Of a stretch of 64,000 nucleotides of DNA, positions 29,230 to 39,269 are shown piece after piece. The DNA comes from Arenicellales bacterium (GTDB lineage: Bacteria > Pseudomonadota > Gammaproteobacteria > Arenicellales > JAJDZL01). Location of the stretch: contig OZ244730.1 of assembly GCA_965219265.1 (NCBI GenBank), positions 330,501 to 394,500 on the forward strand. The letters are read 5' to 3'. Position 1 is the first letter of the stretch, and each line of letters begins with the position of its first letter. Under the pieces are notes generated by a model. It saw only the letters and a list, made by a program, of their open reading frames with translations. It ran no database searches and had not been told where the DNA came from. The translations under genes were made by a program, and so were the position numbers.

Positions 29230-29540
29230 GGTCGGGGTGTATATCAGATTTGGCTTTAGGGTACAAGTTTTTATAATCAACTACTTACATGTGATTCAAA
29301 CTATGGTCTACGTAAAATTTCTCCAAAATGAGAATTGCTGCTGATTGTCTGCTGCATTTGCTGTTGCCCAGACTTGCATGCTTCTCAAACAGATGACATT
29401 GAATTCTAATCATCCGTATCCTTTCAAAAGCTTTGTTCCTTCCTAATTTGTAATGTCATAATTGGAGAGTTCAGCATAAACGACCAGAACAAGTTGGAAC
29501 AAAGGGATCAATTTCAACAACCAATTCGCGAAGTGATAAT

Positions 29541-30098
29541 ATGGCAAGAGTAAAAAACATTGAACTCCATGAAGTACCGGATGAACTGAAGGATATCTAT
29601 ACGAAATTCTCCTCTGACTACGGACCATTTTCCAATCAGGTCAAAGTTTTCGCACATCGTCCCCCAGCACTGAAGCATATTATGGGAATGCTGTTGGAAC
29701 TTGCCGATGATGCATTGCTGCCGAAACGTTACCTTGAAATTGCGTTGGTTGTTGTATCCAAACTGAATGAGTGCGATTACTGTGTTACTCATCATGCTCC
29801 GAAACTGGTCGGCGAAGGCTTTTCTTCAGAAATCGCTGACAGAATTCTCGAATCGAACTGTCCAGGTTTGAATCAAGTTGAACGATTGGTAAGAGACTAC
29901 TCGATTCAGGTAACACAGAATGCCAATCGGATTGCCGAATCCACACACGCCAAGTTGCGAGAACATTTCAGTGAAGCACAAATTGTCGAACTTACACTGC
30001 GGATTGCACTTTGTGGATTTTTCAATCGCTTTAACGATGCCATGGGAATTGAGACTGAAGACGATGCAATTTCCATAATGATGGCAGCTGAATCCTGA
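29541..30098 (+). CDS. Carboxymuconolactone decarboxylase / AhpD-like family protein
   Basis: Core motif LNECDYCVTHH and an AhpD-like all-helical length of 185 aa. Confidence 0.8.
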   Translation: MARVKNIELHEVPDELKDIYTKFSSDYGPFSNQVKVFAHRPPALKHIMGMLLELADDALLPKRYLEIALVVVSKLNECDYCVTHHAPKLVGEGFSSEIADRILESNCPGLNQVERLVRDYSIQVTQNANRIAESTHAKLREHFSEAQIVELTLRIALCGFFNRFNDAMGIETEDDAISIMMAAES

Positions 30099-30133
30099 AA
30101 TAGATTCTACTGACAAATTCAGGACGCGAATAC

Positions 30134-31108
30134 ATGTCGGCACTCAGAAAATTCAAGGTTCGAGTCAGGACAATTCACTATGAAGCGGAAGATATTCGTA
30201 GTTATGTGCTGATGGATTCTGATGGGGCGCAGTTGCCTGAATTCAAGGCGGGAGCGCATATCGATTTGCATCTCGAAAATGGATTGATTCGTCAGTACTC
30301 GCTTTGTAACCCGTCATGGGAAAGGCACTTCTACCTGATCGGGGTGCTGCTGGAACATCCAGGAACAGGCGGATCGGAGTATATCTTCAATAATGTTCAA
30401 GTAGGTGATATGCTGGAAATTTCAGAGCCCAAGCACTTGTTCAAATTGAGTCCGAGTGCGCAGCGACATTTGCTGATCGCCGGTGGTATTGGAATTACTC
30501 CTATATTGTCAATGGCATATACGCTTGAACAAGAAAAAGCAGATTACGTAATTCACTACTGCACCAGAGCGCCGGAGAAAACCGCCTATAGAGAAGAAGT
30601 TGAGAAACTGGTCCAGCACGGCAGTCTGCAGTTTCATTTTGATGGCGGCAACCCGGAGAATGGACTCGATCTGAAGGCGACGTTGCAAGAGTACCAGGAT
30701 GGCACACATTTATATTACTGCGGACCTGCTCCCATGATGAAAGCTGGCAGCGAGGCGTCTGCACACTGGCCATCTGGAACTGTTCATTATGAATATTTTT
30801 CTGCCGAAGGATTGGAGGCGGCTACCCCCGATTCTCAAGAACCCGACGCGGAATTCCAGATCAGACTCGCCAGTAGCGGCAGCGTGTACACAGTGCCGGC
30901 CCACAAGACAATTGTTGATGTTCTGATGGAGAACGGCATCTTCGTAGATACCTCCTGCGAAGATGGTTTTTGCGGTACCTGTTTGACGCGATATCTGGAG
31001 GGGGAACCCGAACACAGGGATGAAATTCTAGATGATGAAGATCATGAAGAATACGTACTGATTTGTTGTGCCCGTTCTCGTTCACCCGAGCTGCTGTTGG
31101 ACCTGTAG
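30134..31108 (+). CDS. PDR/VanB-family oxidoreductase (FMN/NAD-binding plus C-terminal plant-type 2Fe-2S ferredoxin)
   Basis: RQYSLCN (flavin-binding), LLIAGGIGITPILSM (NAD-binding), and C-terminal CEDGFCGTCLTRY...LICC 2Fe-2S ligands. Confidence 0.88.
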   Translation: MSALRKFKVRVRTIHYEAEDIRSYVLMDSDGAQLPEFKAGAHIDLHLENGLIRQYSLCNPSWERHFYLIGVLLEHPGTGGSEYIFNNVQVGDMLEISEPKHLFKLSPSAQRHLLIAGGIGITPILSMAYTLEQEKADYVIHYCTRAPEKTAYREEVEKLVQHGSLQFHFDGGNPENGLDLKATLQEYQDGTHLYYCGPAPMMKAGSEASAHWPSGTVHYEYFSAEGLEAATPDSQEPDAEFQIRLASSGSVYTVPAHKTIVDVLMENGIFVDTSCEDGFCGTCLTRYLEGEPEHRDEILDDEDHEEYVLICCARSRSPELLLDL

Positions 31109-31123
31109 CAGTTTGGTCTGCGC

Positions 31124-31147
31124 ACAGCGTTCGTATCCGAACGCTGT
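31124..31147 (+). terminator. Perfect 10-bp hairpin 16 nt after the reductase stop
   Basis: ACAGCGTTCG, loop TATC, then CGAACGCTGT. The T-tract is weak (CTGTTATCCC). Confidence 0.3.
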
Positions 31148-31367
31148 CTGTTATCCCAGCTTTCCCGAAACACATGTGTTGGTGTTTACGACTCTGTGAA
31201 CGTACCGATAAGTTGAAAACGCCCAATCAACCTGATCAATACAACTGCGTATTCAAACTGTTGCCAACCGGTGTTCGATGCTGACGTGGATTTTGATCAG
31301 TGAGCGCATATTCTGTGGTGATATAATTCATCAAGCTTTCCGGCATTGCAAAATAAGCAATCGATAA

Positions 31368-32891
31368 ATGGTTTTAGCGCCTGAATTCGTGGTTCCGCAG
31401 CCAATTCATACTGGTTCTCAATCGAAGTCTCTCGACCGTATTGTCATACGGAATTTTGGACTGTCTGGTTATGAACTCATGCGTCGTGCAGGGGAAGGGG
31501 CATTTGGAATTTTTCACCATAACTGGCCGCAGTGCCAAACAATCGCACTGCTGTGCGGCTCAGGCAATAATGGGGGAGATGGCTACGTCTTTGCGGCGGC
31601 TGCCGTCAGATCCGGAATAAAGGTGCATGTGTATCGGACGTCCGCACCGAAGTCGGCTGAATCCAAACGTGCGCTTGATGAATACTGCGCTCATGGCGGT
31701 GAATTCAACGCAGTATCTGGTGGCATTGATTTCGACCAATACGATGCTTTCGTGGATGCATTGTTTGGTATTGGACTTTCACGAGATATTGACGGGCAAT
31801 TGGGAGAAATAATCGAGTCTGTAAACATGTCAGGTAAACCTGTAATGTCTTTGGACATACCATCGGGACTCTGTAGTGATACAGGTTCAGTTCGAGGTTG
31901 TGCGGTGCGCTCTGAAATGACCGTAACGTTTATTTCAGTCAAGCTGGGTTTGCTGATCGGTCACGCCAAGGACTATGTAGGGGCACTTGAACTGGATACG
32001 CTTGGAATACCGCCTGCTGCTTACGATCTTGTGGAAGCCGCTGCAACAAGAGTAAATGAGCAAGAACTTGCTGGGATCGTTCCACAGCGCAAAGCAGATG
32101 CGCATAAAGGATCGGCAGGCAGGGTACTGATCGTCGGCGGCAGCCTGACGATGCAGGGTGCCGCTTTGATGGCAGGCCGAGCCGCCTATCGAACCGGGGC
32201 GGGTCTGGTTTCAATTGCGATGCAAACTGAGAGCACTGCAATATTTGCGTCCGGTGCACCGGAAATTCGAGTGTTTGATTTGAATCATGCTGAACAATTA
32301 TTGCACTTGTTTCACGATGCGGATGTCGCTGGTATCGGACCGGGCCTCGGACAGGGAAAATTGGCAGGTGAAATGTGGGATGTTGCCAAGGAAAAATTTC
32401 CACGATTGGTTGTTGATGCAGATGCCTTGAATCTTCTGGCGAAACAGCCTGTTAAAAGACAGCATTGGATTTTGACGCCACATCCAGGTGAAGCTGGCCG
32501 ACTGCTTGGAGTAACGACAGAAGAAGTGCAGAGTAACCGATTCGCTGCAGCAAATGAAATAGTTGAACAATTTGGTGGTGTGTGTGTTTTGAAAGGTGCA
32601 GGGACGTTGATTGCATCAGCTTCAGGAATCTGGCTGTGTGATCGAGGCAATCCAGGGATGGCGACGGGTGGAATGGGGGATATTCTCACCGGTACAATCT
32701 GTGCACTCTGGGCACAGGGAATGACAGCCGAACAGGCGGCCAGAACCGGCGTTTGGCTGCACGCATCGGCTGGAGATGACTGCGCAGCCGAGTGCGGTGA
32801 AATTGGAATGATTGCAACAGATTTATTGCCGGGAATTCGTACCAACCTCAATCGTTTGATCAATAGAGCGACAAGTGAAAGAGCCAATTGA
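31368..32891 (+). CDS. nnr: Bifunctional NAD(P)H-hydrate repair enzyme Nnr (epimerase + ADP-dependent dehydratase)
   Basis: YjeF N-terminal domain (LCGSGNNGGDGYV) and C-terminal carbohydrate-kinase domain (HKGSAGRVLIVGGS, GMATGGMGDILTG). Upstream of tsaE, as in E. coli yjeF-yjeE. Confidence 0.92.
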   Translation: MVLAPEFVVPQPIHTGSQSKSLDRIVIRNFGLSGYELMRRAGEGAFGIFHHNWPQCQTIALLCGSGNNGGDGYVFAAAAVRSGIKVHVYRTSAPKSAESKRALDEYCAHGGEFNAVSGGIDFDQYDAFVDALFGIGLSRDIDGQLGEIIESVNMSGKPVMSLDIPSGLCSDTGSVRGCAVRSEMTVTFISVKLGLLIGHAKDYVGALELDTLGIPPAAYDLVEAAATRVNEQELAGIVPQRKADAHKGSAGRVLIVGGSLTMQGAALMAGRAAYRTGAGLVSIAMQTESTAIFASGAPEIRVFDLNHAEQLLHLFHDADVAGIGPGLGQGKLAGEMWDVAKEKFPRLVVDADALNLLAKQPVKRQHWILTPHPGEAGRLLGVTTEEVQSNRFAAANEIVEQFGGVCVLKGAGTLIASASGIWLCDRGNPGMATGGMGDILTGTICALWAQGMTAEQAARTGVWLHASAGDDCAAECGEIGMIATDLLPGIRTNLNRLINRATSERAN

Positions 32892-33345
32892 AACTCCATC
32901 TGTTGAATACTGGGTCAATTCTCCTCAGGAGATGGCGGAACTAGGCAGAAACTGGGCGCAATATGTTCAGCGGGGTTGCTGCATGCATTTTGAAGGCGAC
33001 TTGGGTGCCGGGAAAACGACATTGATACAGGAAATATTTAACGGATTGAATGTTGCGGGCCCGGTTCTGAGTCCCACTTTTTCGATAATGGAAACCTATA
33101 CGACTGATCTCGGTTTGGAATTACTGCACATCGATTTATATCGAATCGAAGATCCGGATGAACTGCTGCTGATTGGGTTAGATGAACTTGATAAACGCGA
33201 CTATGCATGGTTCATCGAATGGCCGCAGCGCGGAGGGGGCATTGTTCCACGCGCCGACATGAGAATCAATATCAGTTACGCAGGAAACGCCAGGAAAGTG
33301 GCGATGGAATTCAACTCGGCTGTGCCCAGTACGTCATGCAGTTAG
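32875..33345 (+). CDS. tsaE: tRNA t6A37 biosynthesis ATPase TsaE
   Basis: FEGDLGAGKTTLIQ, SPTFSIMETY and HIDLYRIEDPDEL. GTG start overlaps the nnr end. Confidence 0.92.
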   Translation: MKEPIETPSVEYWVNSPQEMAELGRNWAQYVQRGCCMHFEGDLGAGKTTLIQEIFNGLNVAGPVLSPTFSIMETYTTDLGLELLHIDLYRIEDPDELLLIGLDELDKRDYAWFIEWPQRGGGIVPRADMRINISYAGNARKVAMEFNSAVPSTSCS

Positions 33346-34508
33346 CGATTCGTCATAAATTGTCAATTACTGCCATTGCGATATGGCCAGTGCTGTTTGC
33401 CGCCAATGTATTGGCCGCAAACATCAGCGACATCCGTGCTTGGAATGCGCCTGATCACACCAGAATCGTATTTGATATCAGCAGTCCGGTGGACTACGAA
33501 CTGATTCCACTGAAAAATCCAGATAAGATCGTTGTCGATATCAAAAATGGCAAATTCACCGGTACGCTGCCAAAGAAGTCTGCTTTAGGAAAACTCGTAA
33601 GCGGAATCCGTGTGGGTAAGCATTCAGACAAGATTCGATTCGTAATCGACCTCAAAGTGGAAGCCAAACAAAAACATTTTTCGCTGCGGCCAAACGAGCT
33701 GTACGGTGACCGGCTTGTAATCGATATTTTTCCGCATAGCGCCAAGGGACAGCCGCGCAAAAAGATCACGGAATCAAGGGATCGTAACAAAGATTTCCTG
33801 ATCATCGTTGATGCCGGCCATGGCGGTGAAGACCCCGGAGCTATTGGTGCAAATCGAACTTATGAGAAGAAAGTTGTGCTGGAGGTCTCTAAGCGACTGC
33901 AGAAGGCGCTGGATGCAGAACCGGGAATTCGCGCCGAGCTCACACGCAAAAGCGACTACTATATTCCACTGCGCAGAAGAACGAAGATTGCGATTGAGAA
34001 GCGTGCTGATCTTTTCATATCAATTCATGCAGACGCAGCTAGAAATCGAAGCGCGAACGGAATTTCTGTTTTTGCACTGTCCGATAGTGGTGAAACGAGT
34101 GAGCGAGCCAGATTGCTTGCGAATAAAGAGAATTCCTCAGACATTTTTGCAGGTGAAAATCTTGCAGATTTGGATGACGTGTCGGTATTGAGAACGATTG
34201 TGGATTTGACGCAGGACGGTACGATCGTGCGCAGTCTTGATCTCGGTGAAATGGTACGCCTAAAATTGTCGAGAGTTGGTAAGTTGCATGGTCATGCAGT
34301 GGAACAGGCCGGCTTTGTCGTGCTGAAAACTGCTGGAATTCCTTCCATATTGGTGGAGATTGGATTCATCTCGAACCCGCGAGAGGAAAAGAAACTGCTT
34401 AGTAGCAGCTATCAGAAGAAGATTGTGAAAGGCATCAAGGATGCGGTCGTACAATATGCTCGTAAGTACCCGTGGGGCCAGGATTCTTGGAGAACCGCGA
34501 GTAACTGA
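33336..34508 (+). CDS. amiB: N-acetylmuramoyl-L-alanine amidase with an N-terminal AMIN domain
   Basis: Signal peptide begins at the ATG at 33336. An AMIN domain is present (RIVFDISSPVDYE). The Amidase_3 core is present (IIVDAGHGGEDPGAIG, ISIHADA, VLVEIGFISN). The tsaE-amiB-mutL synteny matches E. coli. Confidence 0.9.
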   Translation: MQLAIRHKLSITAIAIWPVLFAANVLAANISDIRAWNAPDHTRIVFDISSPVDYELIPLKNPDKIVVDIKNGKFTGTLPKKSALGKLVSGIRVGKHSDKIRFVIDLKVEAKQKHFSLRPNELYGDRLVIDIFPHSAKGQPRKKITESRDRNKDFLIIVDAGHGGEDPGAIGANRTYEKKVVLEVSKRLQKALDAEPGIRAELTRKSDYYIPLRRRTKIAIEKRADLFISIHADAARNRSANGISVFALSDSGETSERARLLANKENSSDIFAGENLADLDDVSVLRTIVDLTQDGTIVRSLDLGEMVRLKLSRVGKLHGHAVEQAGFVVLKTAGIPSILVEIGFISNPREEKKLLSSSYQKKIVKGIKDAVVQYARKYPWGQDSWRTASN

Positions 34509-34516
34509 AGGAAATT

Positions 34517-36334
34517 ATGGAGTCAGCTCAACCCGTGCAGACAGAATCCGGTGCGCCTGAACGCATCCGCAAGCTCGACGACAAGATTATCAACAAGATT
34601 GCTGCAGGCGAGGTAGTCGAACGCCCCTCATCCGTACTGAAAGAACTGATCGAGAACAGCATTGACGCGGGTTCGCGTAAGATTGAAATCGAAGTGCAGG
34701 CCGGTGGAACACAGAGCATGCTTGTTCGCGATGACGGAACCGGTATACGTCACAACGAGATCAGTCTGGCGCTGTCTCGACATGCCACTAGCAAAGTGGA
34801 TGACTTCGACAGTATTGAAGGGATTCGGACTCTGGGGTTTCGCGGTGAAGCACTACCGAGTATCGTCTCGGTTTCCCGTGCAGTCCTGTCAACCAGAACC
34901 ATCGAAGATGCCCACGGCTGGTGCGTACGATGCGAGGGCGGTGGCCCGTTTAGCGACCCTGAGCCAATACAACATGCCGTCGGCACGACAGTCGAGGTGC
35001 ACGATATTTTTTACAACGTTCCCGCTCGTCGCAAGTTTCTCCGCACTGCTGCAACTGAATTTTCGAAAATCGACAAAATTGTGAAACAGATGGCACTAAG
35101 TCGAAGCGAAGTTGAAATCCTGTTCAGCCACAATAGCCGAAGAGCCGTTCGATATCGAGCAGCATTGGACAACTCGGGTCTGAAACAGCGGCTCGCGACC
35201 ATATTCGGTGAGGAATTTGCAGAAAACTGCATTCGTGTAGAATTGGAGTGGGGTGACATGCGTGTCAGTGGATGGGTGAGTCGACCGGACTATACGCGTT
35301 CGCAACCAGATCAGCAGTATCTATTTGTCAATGGAAGGGGGATTCGTGATCGAAGCATCATGCACGCAGTCCGCCAGGCGTACATCGATGTGCTGTTTGA
35401 TCCATCAAGATTTCCGATATGTGCACTCTACCTGGATATTGGTGCCGATCTGGTTGATGTTAACGTACATCCTGCAAAATCGGAGGTCCGCTTCAGGCAG
35501 CAACGAGAGGTATACAGATTTGTAATGCGTGCGGTTAATGGTGCACTTTCGGGGGAAAGACCTGGCAGCACCCACCAATCTGCGACGACTACCGCTGCCC
35601 AGTCCACGATACTCCACGACCATTCCAGCGGATTCGTTTCACAGAGAAACATTTCTCTGCCACTCGGCAGTTGGACTGATTTTGCTGAAGGTAAAGCTGA
35701 CGGAACACAATCCGCGAAACGCCCGGCGGATTTAGAAGAGGATGCAGAAGTACCGCCGCTTGGATTCGCTTTAGCGCAACTTGGGGGAGCCTATGTGCTT
35801 GCTGAGAACAAAGAAGGATTGATTATTGTTGACATGCATGCATCTCATGAGCGAATCACCTATGAAAAGCTGAAACAGGATTATGAGGCCTCCTCATTTA
35901 CATCTCAGATGCTCCTGGTTCCTGCCATCATCAAAGTTTCGTCCGAGGAAGCAGATGCTGCTGTTGCCAATTCTGAAGTGCTGTCCAACCTTGGATTCGA
36001 TATTTCCCTTGCTGGCGACAATGTGATTTCGATTCGGTCGATACCGGATATCCTGAGTAAAACCAACATTGAGGAACTCGTTCGGGACGTAATATCCGAC
36101 TTGGTCCAACACGAGAATTCCAATCGTGTAGAACACATCCGGAACGAGCTCTTGGCCACAATGTCCTGTCACAGTGCCATTCGAGCCAACCAGCAGTTGA
36201 GCATTCCGGAAATGAACGCCCTACTGAGACAAATGGAATTTACTGAACATTCAGGTTACTGCAGTCATGGGCGTCCGACCTGGAAACAAATAACCATGAA
36301 GGAACTTGATCGCCTGTTCTATCGAGGTCGTTGA
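34517..36334 (+). CDS. mutL: DNA mismatch repair protein MutL
   Basis: INKIAAGEVVERPSSVLKELIENSIDAG, GFRGEAL, VDVNVHPAKSEVRF and C-terminal CHSAIRAN...CSHGRPT. Confidence 0.96.
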   Translation: MESAQPVQTESGAPERIRKLDDKIINKIAAGEVVERPSSVLKELIENSIDAGSRKIEIEVQAGGTQSMLVRDDGTGIRHNEISLALSRHATSKVDDFDSIEGIRTLGFRGEALPSIVSVSRAVLSTRTIEDAHGWCVRCEGGGPFSDPEPIQHAVGTTVEVHDIFYNVPARRKFLRTAATEFSKIDKIVKQMALSRSEVEILFSHNSRRAVRYRAALDNSGLKQRLATIFGEEFAENCIRVELEWGDMRVSGWVSRPDYTRSQPDQQYLFVNGRGIRDRSIMHAVRQAYIDVLFDPSRFPICALYLDIGADLVDVNVHPAKSEVRFRQQREVYRFVMRAVNGALSGERPGSTHQSATTTAAQSTILHDHSSGFVSQRNISLPLGSWTDFAEGKADGTQSAKRPADLEEDAEVPPLGFALAQLGGAYVLAENKEGLIIVDMHASHERITYEKLKQDYEASSFTSQMLLVPAIIKVSSEEADAAVANSEVLSNLGFDISLAGDNVISIRSIPDILSKTNIEELVRDVISDLVQHENSNRVEHIRNELLATMSCHSAIRANQQLSIPEMNALLRQMEFTEHSGYCSHGRPTWKQITMKELDRLFYRGR

Positions 36335-37305
36335 GCCTGATTCAGTCAGTTTCCACCTCCAGCAATGAAACCCAGCGCGCACCGGTTGTCTTTGTTTTGG
36401 GACCAACCGCAGCAGGCAAGACCTCTTTGGCTGTTGAACTGGCCTCACAATTCCCGTTTGAGGTGATCAGTGTTGATGCCGCTCAGGTGTATCGGGGCAT
36501 GAACATTGGTACGGCTAAGCCATCTGCTCGTGTTTTGGAGCACGTTCCGCATAGGCTGATCGACATCTGTGATCCTTGGGAGCGTTATTCAGCCGGTAGA
36601 TTTCGCAGCGATGCACTGAAGGAAATCAGGCGGATATTTCTAAGCGGACGTATTCCATTGCTGGTTGGAGGGGCAATGTTCTATTTTCGAGCGCTAGAAA
36701 GAGGATTGTCAGATTTACCGGTGTCTTCCAAAGCGTTCAGTACGCAATTGCGTCAAAGGGCTGCTGTGGAGGGTTGGTCCACTCTGCATCAGGAACTAAT
36801 GAGCATTGATCCGAAATCAGGCGGCAAAGTTTCGCCGAACGATTCCCAGCGAATTGGGCGTCTTCTGGAAATGTACTATACCGATGGACGGGTGCCTAGC
36901 CAGATGATGCAGGATAACGGTGCCAAACCGTTTCCATTCAAGATCGTGAAAATTGCAATTGTCAGAAGTGACAGGAACAGTCAAAAATCAGTCATTGAGC
37001 AACGCTTTCACGAAATGCTGGATCAAGGCTTCTTGCAGGAGGCGGAAAAATTATTTACATCCTCGCAATTTGATATTACTTTGCCTGCGATGCGATCTGT
37101 CGGCTACAAACAGATTTGGCAATATTTGCTGGACAATGTCGGTTATGAGGAAATGGTGGAGAGTGCGGTTCGCGCCACCTGCGGTATCGCCAAGCGACAA
37201 CTTACTTGGATTCGAAATTCCTCCGGGGTGATTTGGACTGTCGGAGATTATTCCAAGTCAAAGGATCGAGTTCACAGAATGTTAGAATGCATATTGAACC
37301 GTTGA
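36331..37305 (+). CDS. miaA: tRNA dimethylallyltransferase MiaA
   Basis: GPTAAGKTSLAVELA, ISVDAAQVYRGMNIGTAKP and AKRQLTW. Confidence 0.95.
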   Translation: MSLIQSVSTSSNETQRAPVVFVLGPTAAGKTSLAVELASQFPFEVISVDAAQVYRGMNIGTAKPSARVLEHVPHRLIDICDPWERYSAGRFRSDALKEIRRIFLSGRIPLLVGGAMFYFRALERGLSDLPVSSKAFSTQLRQRAAVEGWSTLHQELMSIDPKSGGKVSPNDSQRIGRLLEMYYTDGRVPSQMMQDNGAKPFPFKIVKIAIVRSDRNSQKSVIEQRFHEMLDQGFLQEAEKLFTSSQFDITLPAMRSVGYKQIWQYLLDNVGYEEMVESAVRATCGIAKRQLTWIRNSSGVIWTVGDYSKSKDRVHRMLECILNR

Positions 37306-37429
37306 ATCAGACATGAATTGAGATTTTTCGATAAATTCGCTTGTGCAATGCAAAATTGGGATTGCGATGTTGGTATATTATTAAATCGTCCCTATATAAG
37401 AACTAAATCAGCAATAACATGGAATTTAT

Positions 37430-37660
37430 ATGAATAATCAACAAAAGGGATCATTGCTTCAGGAACCGTTTTTAAATGAACTGCGCAAGCAGAAAATTCC
37501 AGTCGCTATTTATTTGATTAATGGCATTAAACTTCAAGGGCAGATTGAATCATTCGACAGATTTGTGGTTCAATTGAAAGCAGGCGTTACTCAGATAGTC
37601 TACAAACACGCGATATCGACAATCGTTCCTGCCCGGCCCGTGACTCTCGAAGGAGAGTAG
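37430..37660 (+). CDS. hfq: RNA chaperone Hfq (short, 76 aa)
   Basis: [41 protein letters not shown]...[13 protein letters not shown] covers the Sm1/Sm2 motifs. Confidence 0.97.
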   Translation: MNNQQKGSLLQEPFLNELRKQKIPVAIYLINGIKLQGQIESFDRFVVQLKAGVTQIVYKHAISTIVPARPVTLEGE

Positions 37661-37751
37661 CATTTTTTTGCAGTGTCAGACACTAAATTTTTGTCGAACG
37701 TTGACGTAGAAATTTTGTCATACCGAATGTTCGATTACATGCACAGGTAGA

Positions 37752-39080
37752 GTGGCGAAATTTCAGCTTAGCGGCGAGATGCCGTCTACCGCTGCCGACA
37801 AGGAGTTTGCCATACTTGTTCGGCAGGAGCCTTCGGCTAGCAGTCATGGCGCCAACTGCTTTGAAGAAATTCAATTGCTTGCTGAGTCTGCCGGAGCCGA
37901 GGTAGTCGGCGCAGTTCTCTCAAAGCGAAGACATCCAAGCAGCGCAACTTTCATTGGCAAAGGTAAGGTTGATGAACTGCGCGCACAGGTATTGGCTACC
38001 GGCGCGACGACGGTCATCGTCGATCATGCCATCTCGCCAATTCAGGAGCGAAATCTGGAAAAATCAGTCCAGTGTCGCGTAGTGGACCGAACCCGTTTGA
38101 TTCTGGATATATTTGCCAGCAGAGCTTCCAGCCGGGACGGTAAACTTCAGGTCGAACTGGCACAGCTCAAACATTTGTCTACGCGACTGGTGCGGGGCTG
38201 GACGCATCTGGAGAGACAAAAAGGTGGAATCGGCCTGCGCGGTCCTGGTGAAACTCAGCTTGAAACCGATCGACGTCTCATTGGGCATCGAATCAAAACG
38301 CTCACCAGAAGATTGGGAAAACTTCGCACTCAGCGGGAAATTCGACGCAACAGCAGAAAAAAGGTTCCGATTTCGACTGTTGCTCTGGTCGGCTATACCA
38401 ATGCTGGTAAATCTTCGCTGTTCAATTGTCTTAGCGGCGCTGGTGTACAGGCGGAGGATAGGTTATTCTCGACTCTGGATACGACTATGCGCAGACTCCA
38501 ACTGCCGAGCTATGGAGCGGTTATTCTCTCGGATACGGTCGGCTTTATCCGAGATCTTCCACATGGATTGATATCGGCGTTCCATGCTACATTGGAAGAA
38601 GTATCCAGTTCGAGCGTATTACTGCATGTCATAGACGCTTCTTGCGAAAATCTTGATGAAAGAATTTCCAATGTTGAAACCGTGCTGGATGAAATCGGCG
38701 CTGCGAGTGTTCCACGTATTCTGGTGTATAACAAAATAGATTTGATTGATGTAGGTGCGGGACGGCGTACAGATTCGAATGGCGAGACCAATCGCGTCTG
38801 GCTGTCCGCACATACTGGCGATGGCGTTGGCGACTTAATTGAAGCGCTCAGCCAATTTTTTCGTTGCGATTTTGTATTCGGTCGTATTCGCATACCGCCA
38901 TGTGCCGGGAAGCTTCGTTCATCAATCTATCTGAGAATGGGCATCGTCAGTGAACATGTCATGGATTCGGGTGATACAGTATTGGATCTGGAATTATCTC
39001 CGAGTGATGTCAACTGGCTTAGATCGAATCGAGAATTCAAAGATGAATACTGGCAGGTTCGACCGAATTCGGAAACGTGA
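37752..39080 (+). CDS. hflX: GTPase HflX
   Basis: GGIGLRGPGETQLETDRR, G1 motif GYTNAGKSSLFN, and DTVGFI. The start is uncertain (GTG at 37752 or ATG at 37779). Confidence 0.93.
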   Translation: MAKFQLSGEMPSTAADKEFAILVRQEPSASSHGANCFEEIQLLAESAGAEVVGAVLSKRRHPSSATFIGKGKVDELRAQVLATGATTVIVDHAISPIQERNLEKSVQCRVVDRTRLILDIFASRASSRDGKLQVELAQLKHLSTRLVRGWTHLERQKGGIGLRGPGETQLETDRRLIGHRIKTLTRRLGKLRTQREIRRNSRKKVPISTVALVGYTNAGKSSLFNCLSGAGVQAEDRLFSTLDTTMRRLQLPSYGAVILSDTVGFIRDLPHGLISAFHATLEEVSSSSVLLHVIDASCENLDERISNVETVLDEIGAASVPRILVYNKIDLIDVGAGRRTDSNGETNRVWLSAHTGDGVGDLIEALSQFFRCDFVFGRIRIPPCAGKLRSSIYLRMGIVSEHVMDSGDTVLDLELSPSDVNWLRSNREFKDEYWQVRPNSET

Positions 39081-39269
39081 AATGGCAGGAGGCTGGCAAT
39101 TGTTGTGTAGTTGCCGAATCCAAGTGTTTTTGTAATTATGCTCGTATAATGAATTGAAATGCGGTGATTACACCCCAATTGAATATTCTGATGGTACGCT
39201 TTGCGCTGACAGGCGGTTGAGTGCAGCCATAACAGTCAGTGATATCGTTTAATCAAGAGGTAAAATTTT

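Noticed and set aside
28650-29300. Terminal inverted repeats of the IS scar
   Set aside because: Only a weak resemblance was found (GATTAT...CCCT near 28679-28706 versus the complement of 29247-29271). It is too short and too gapped to call IS ends by eye.
37661-37751. A possible sRNA or terminator between hfq and hflX (GTGTCAGACAC palindrome after a T-run)
   Set aside because: The stem is only 5-6 bp with a 1-nt loop, and hfq-hflX are normally co-transcribed. The signal is too weak to call.
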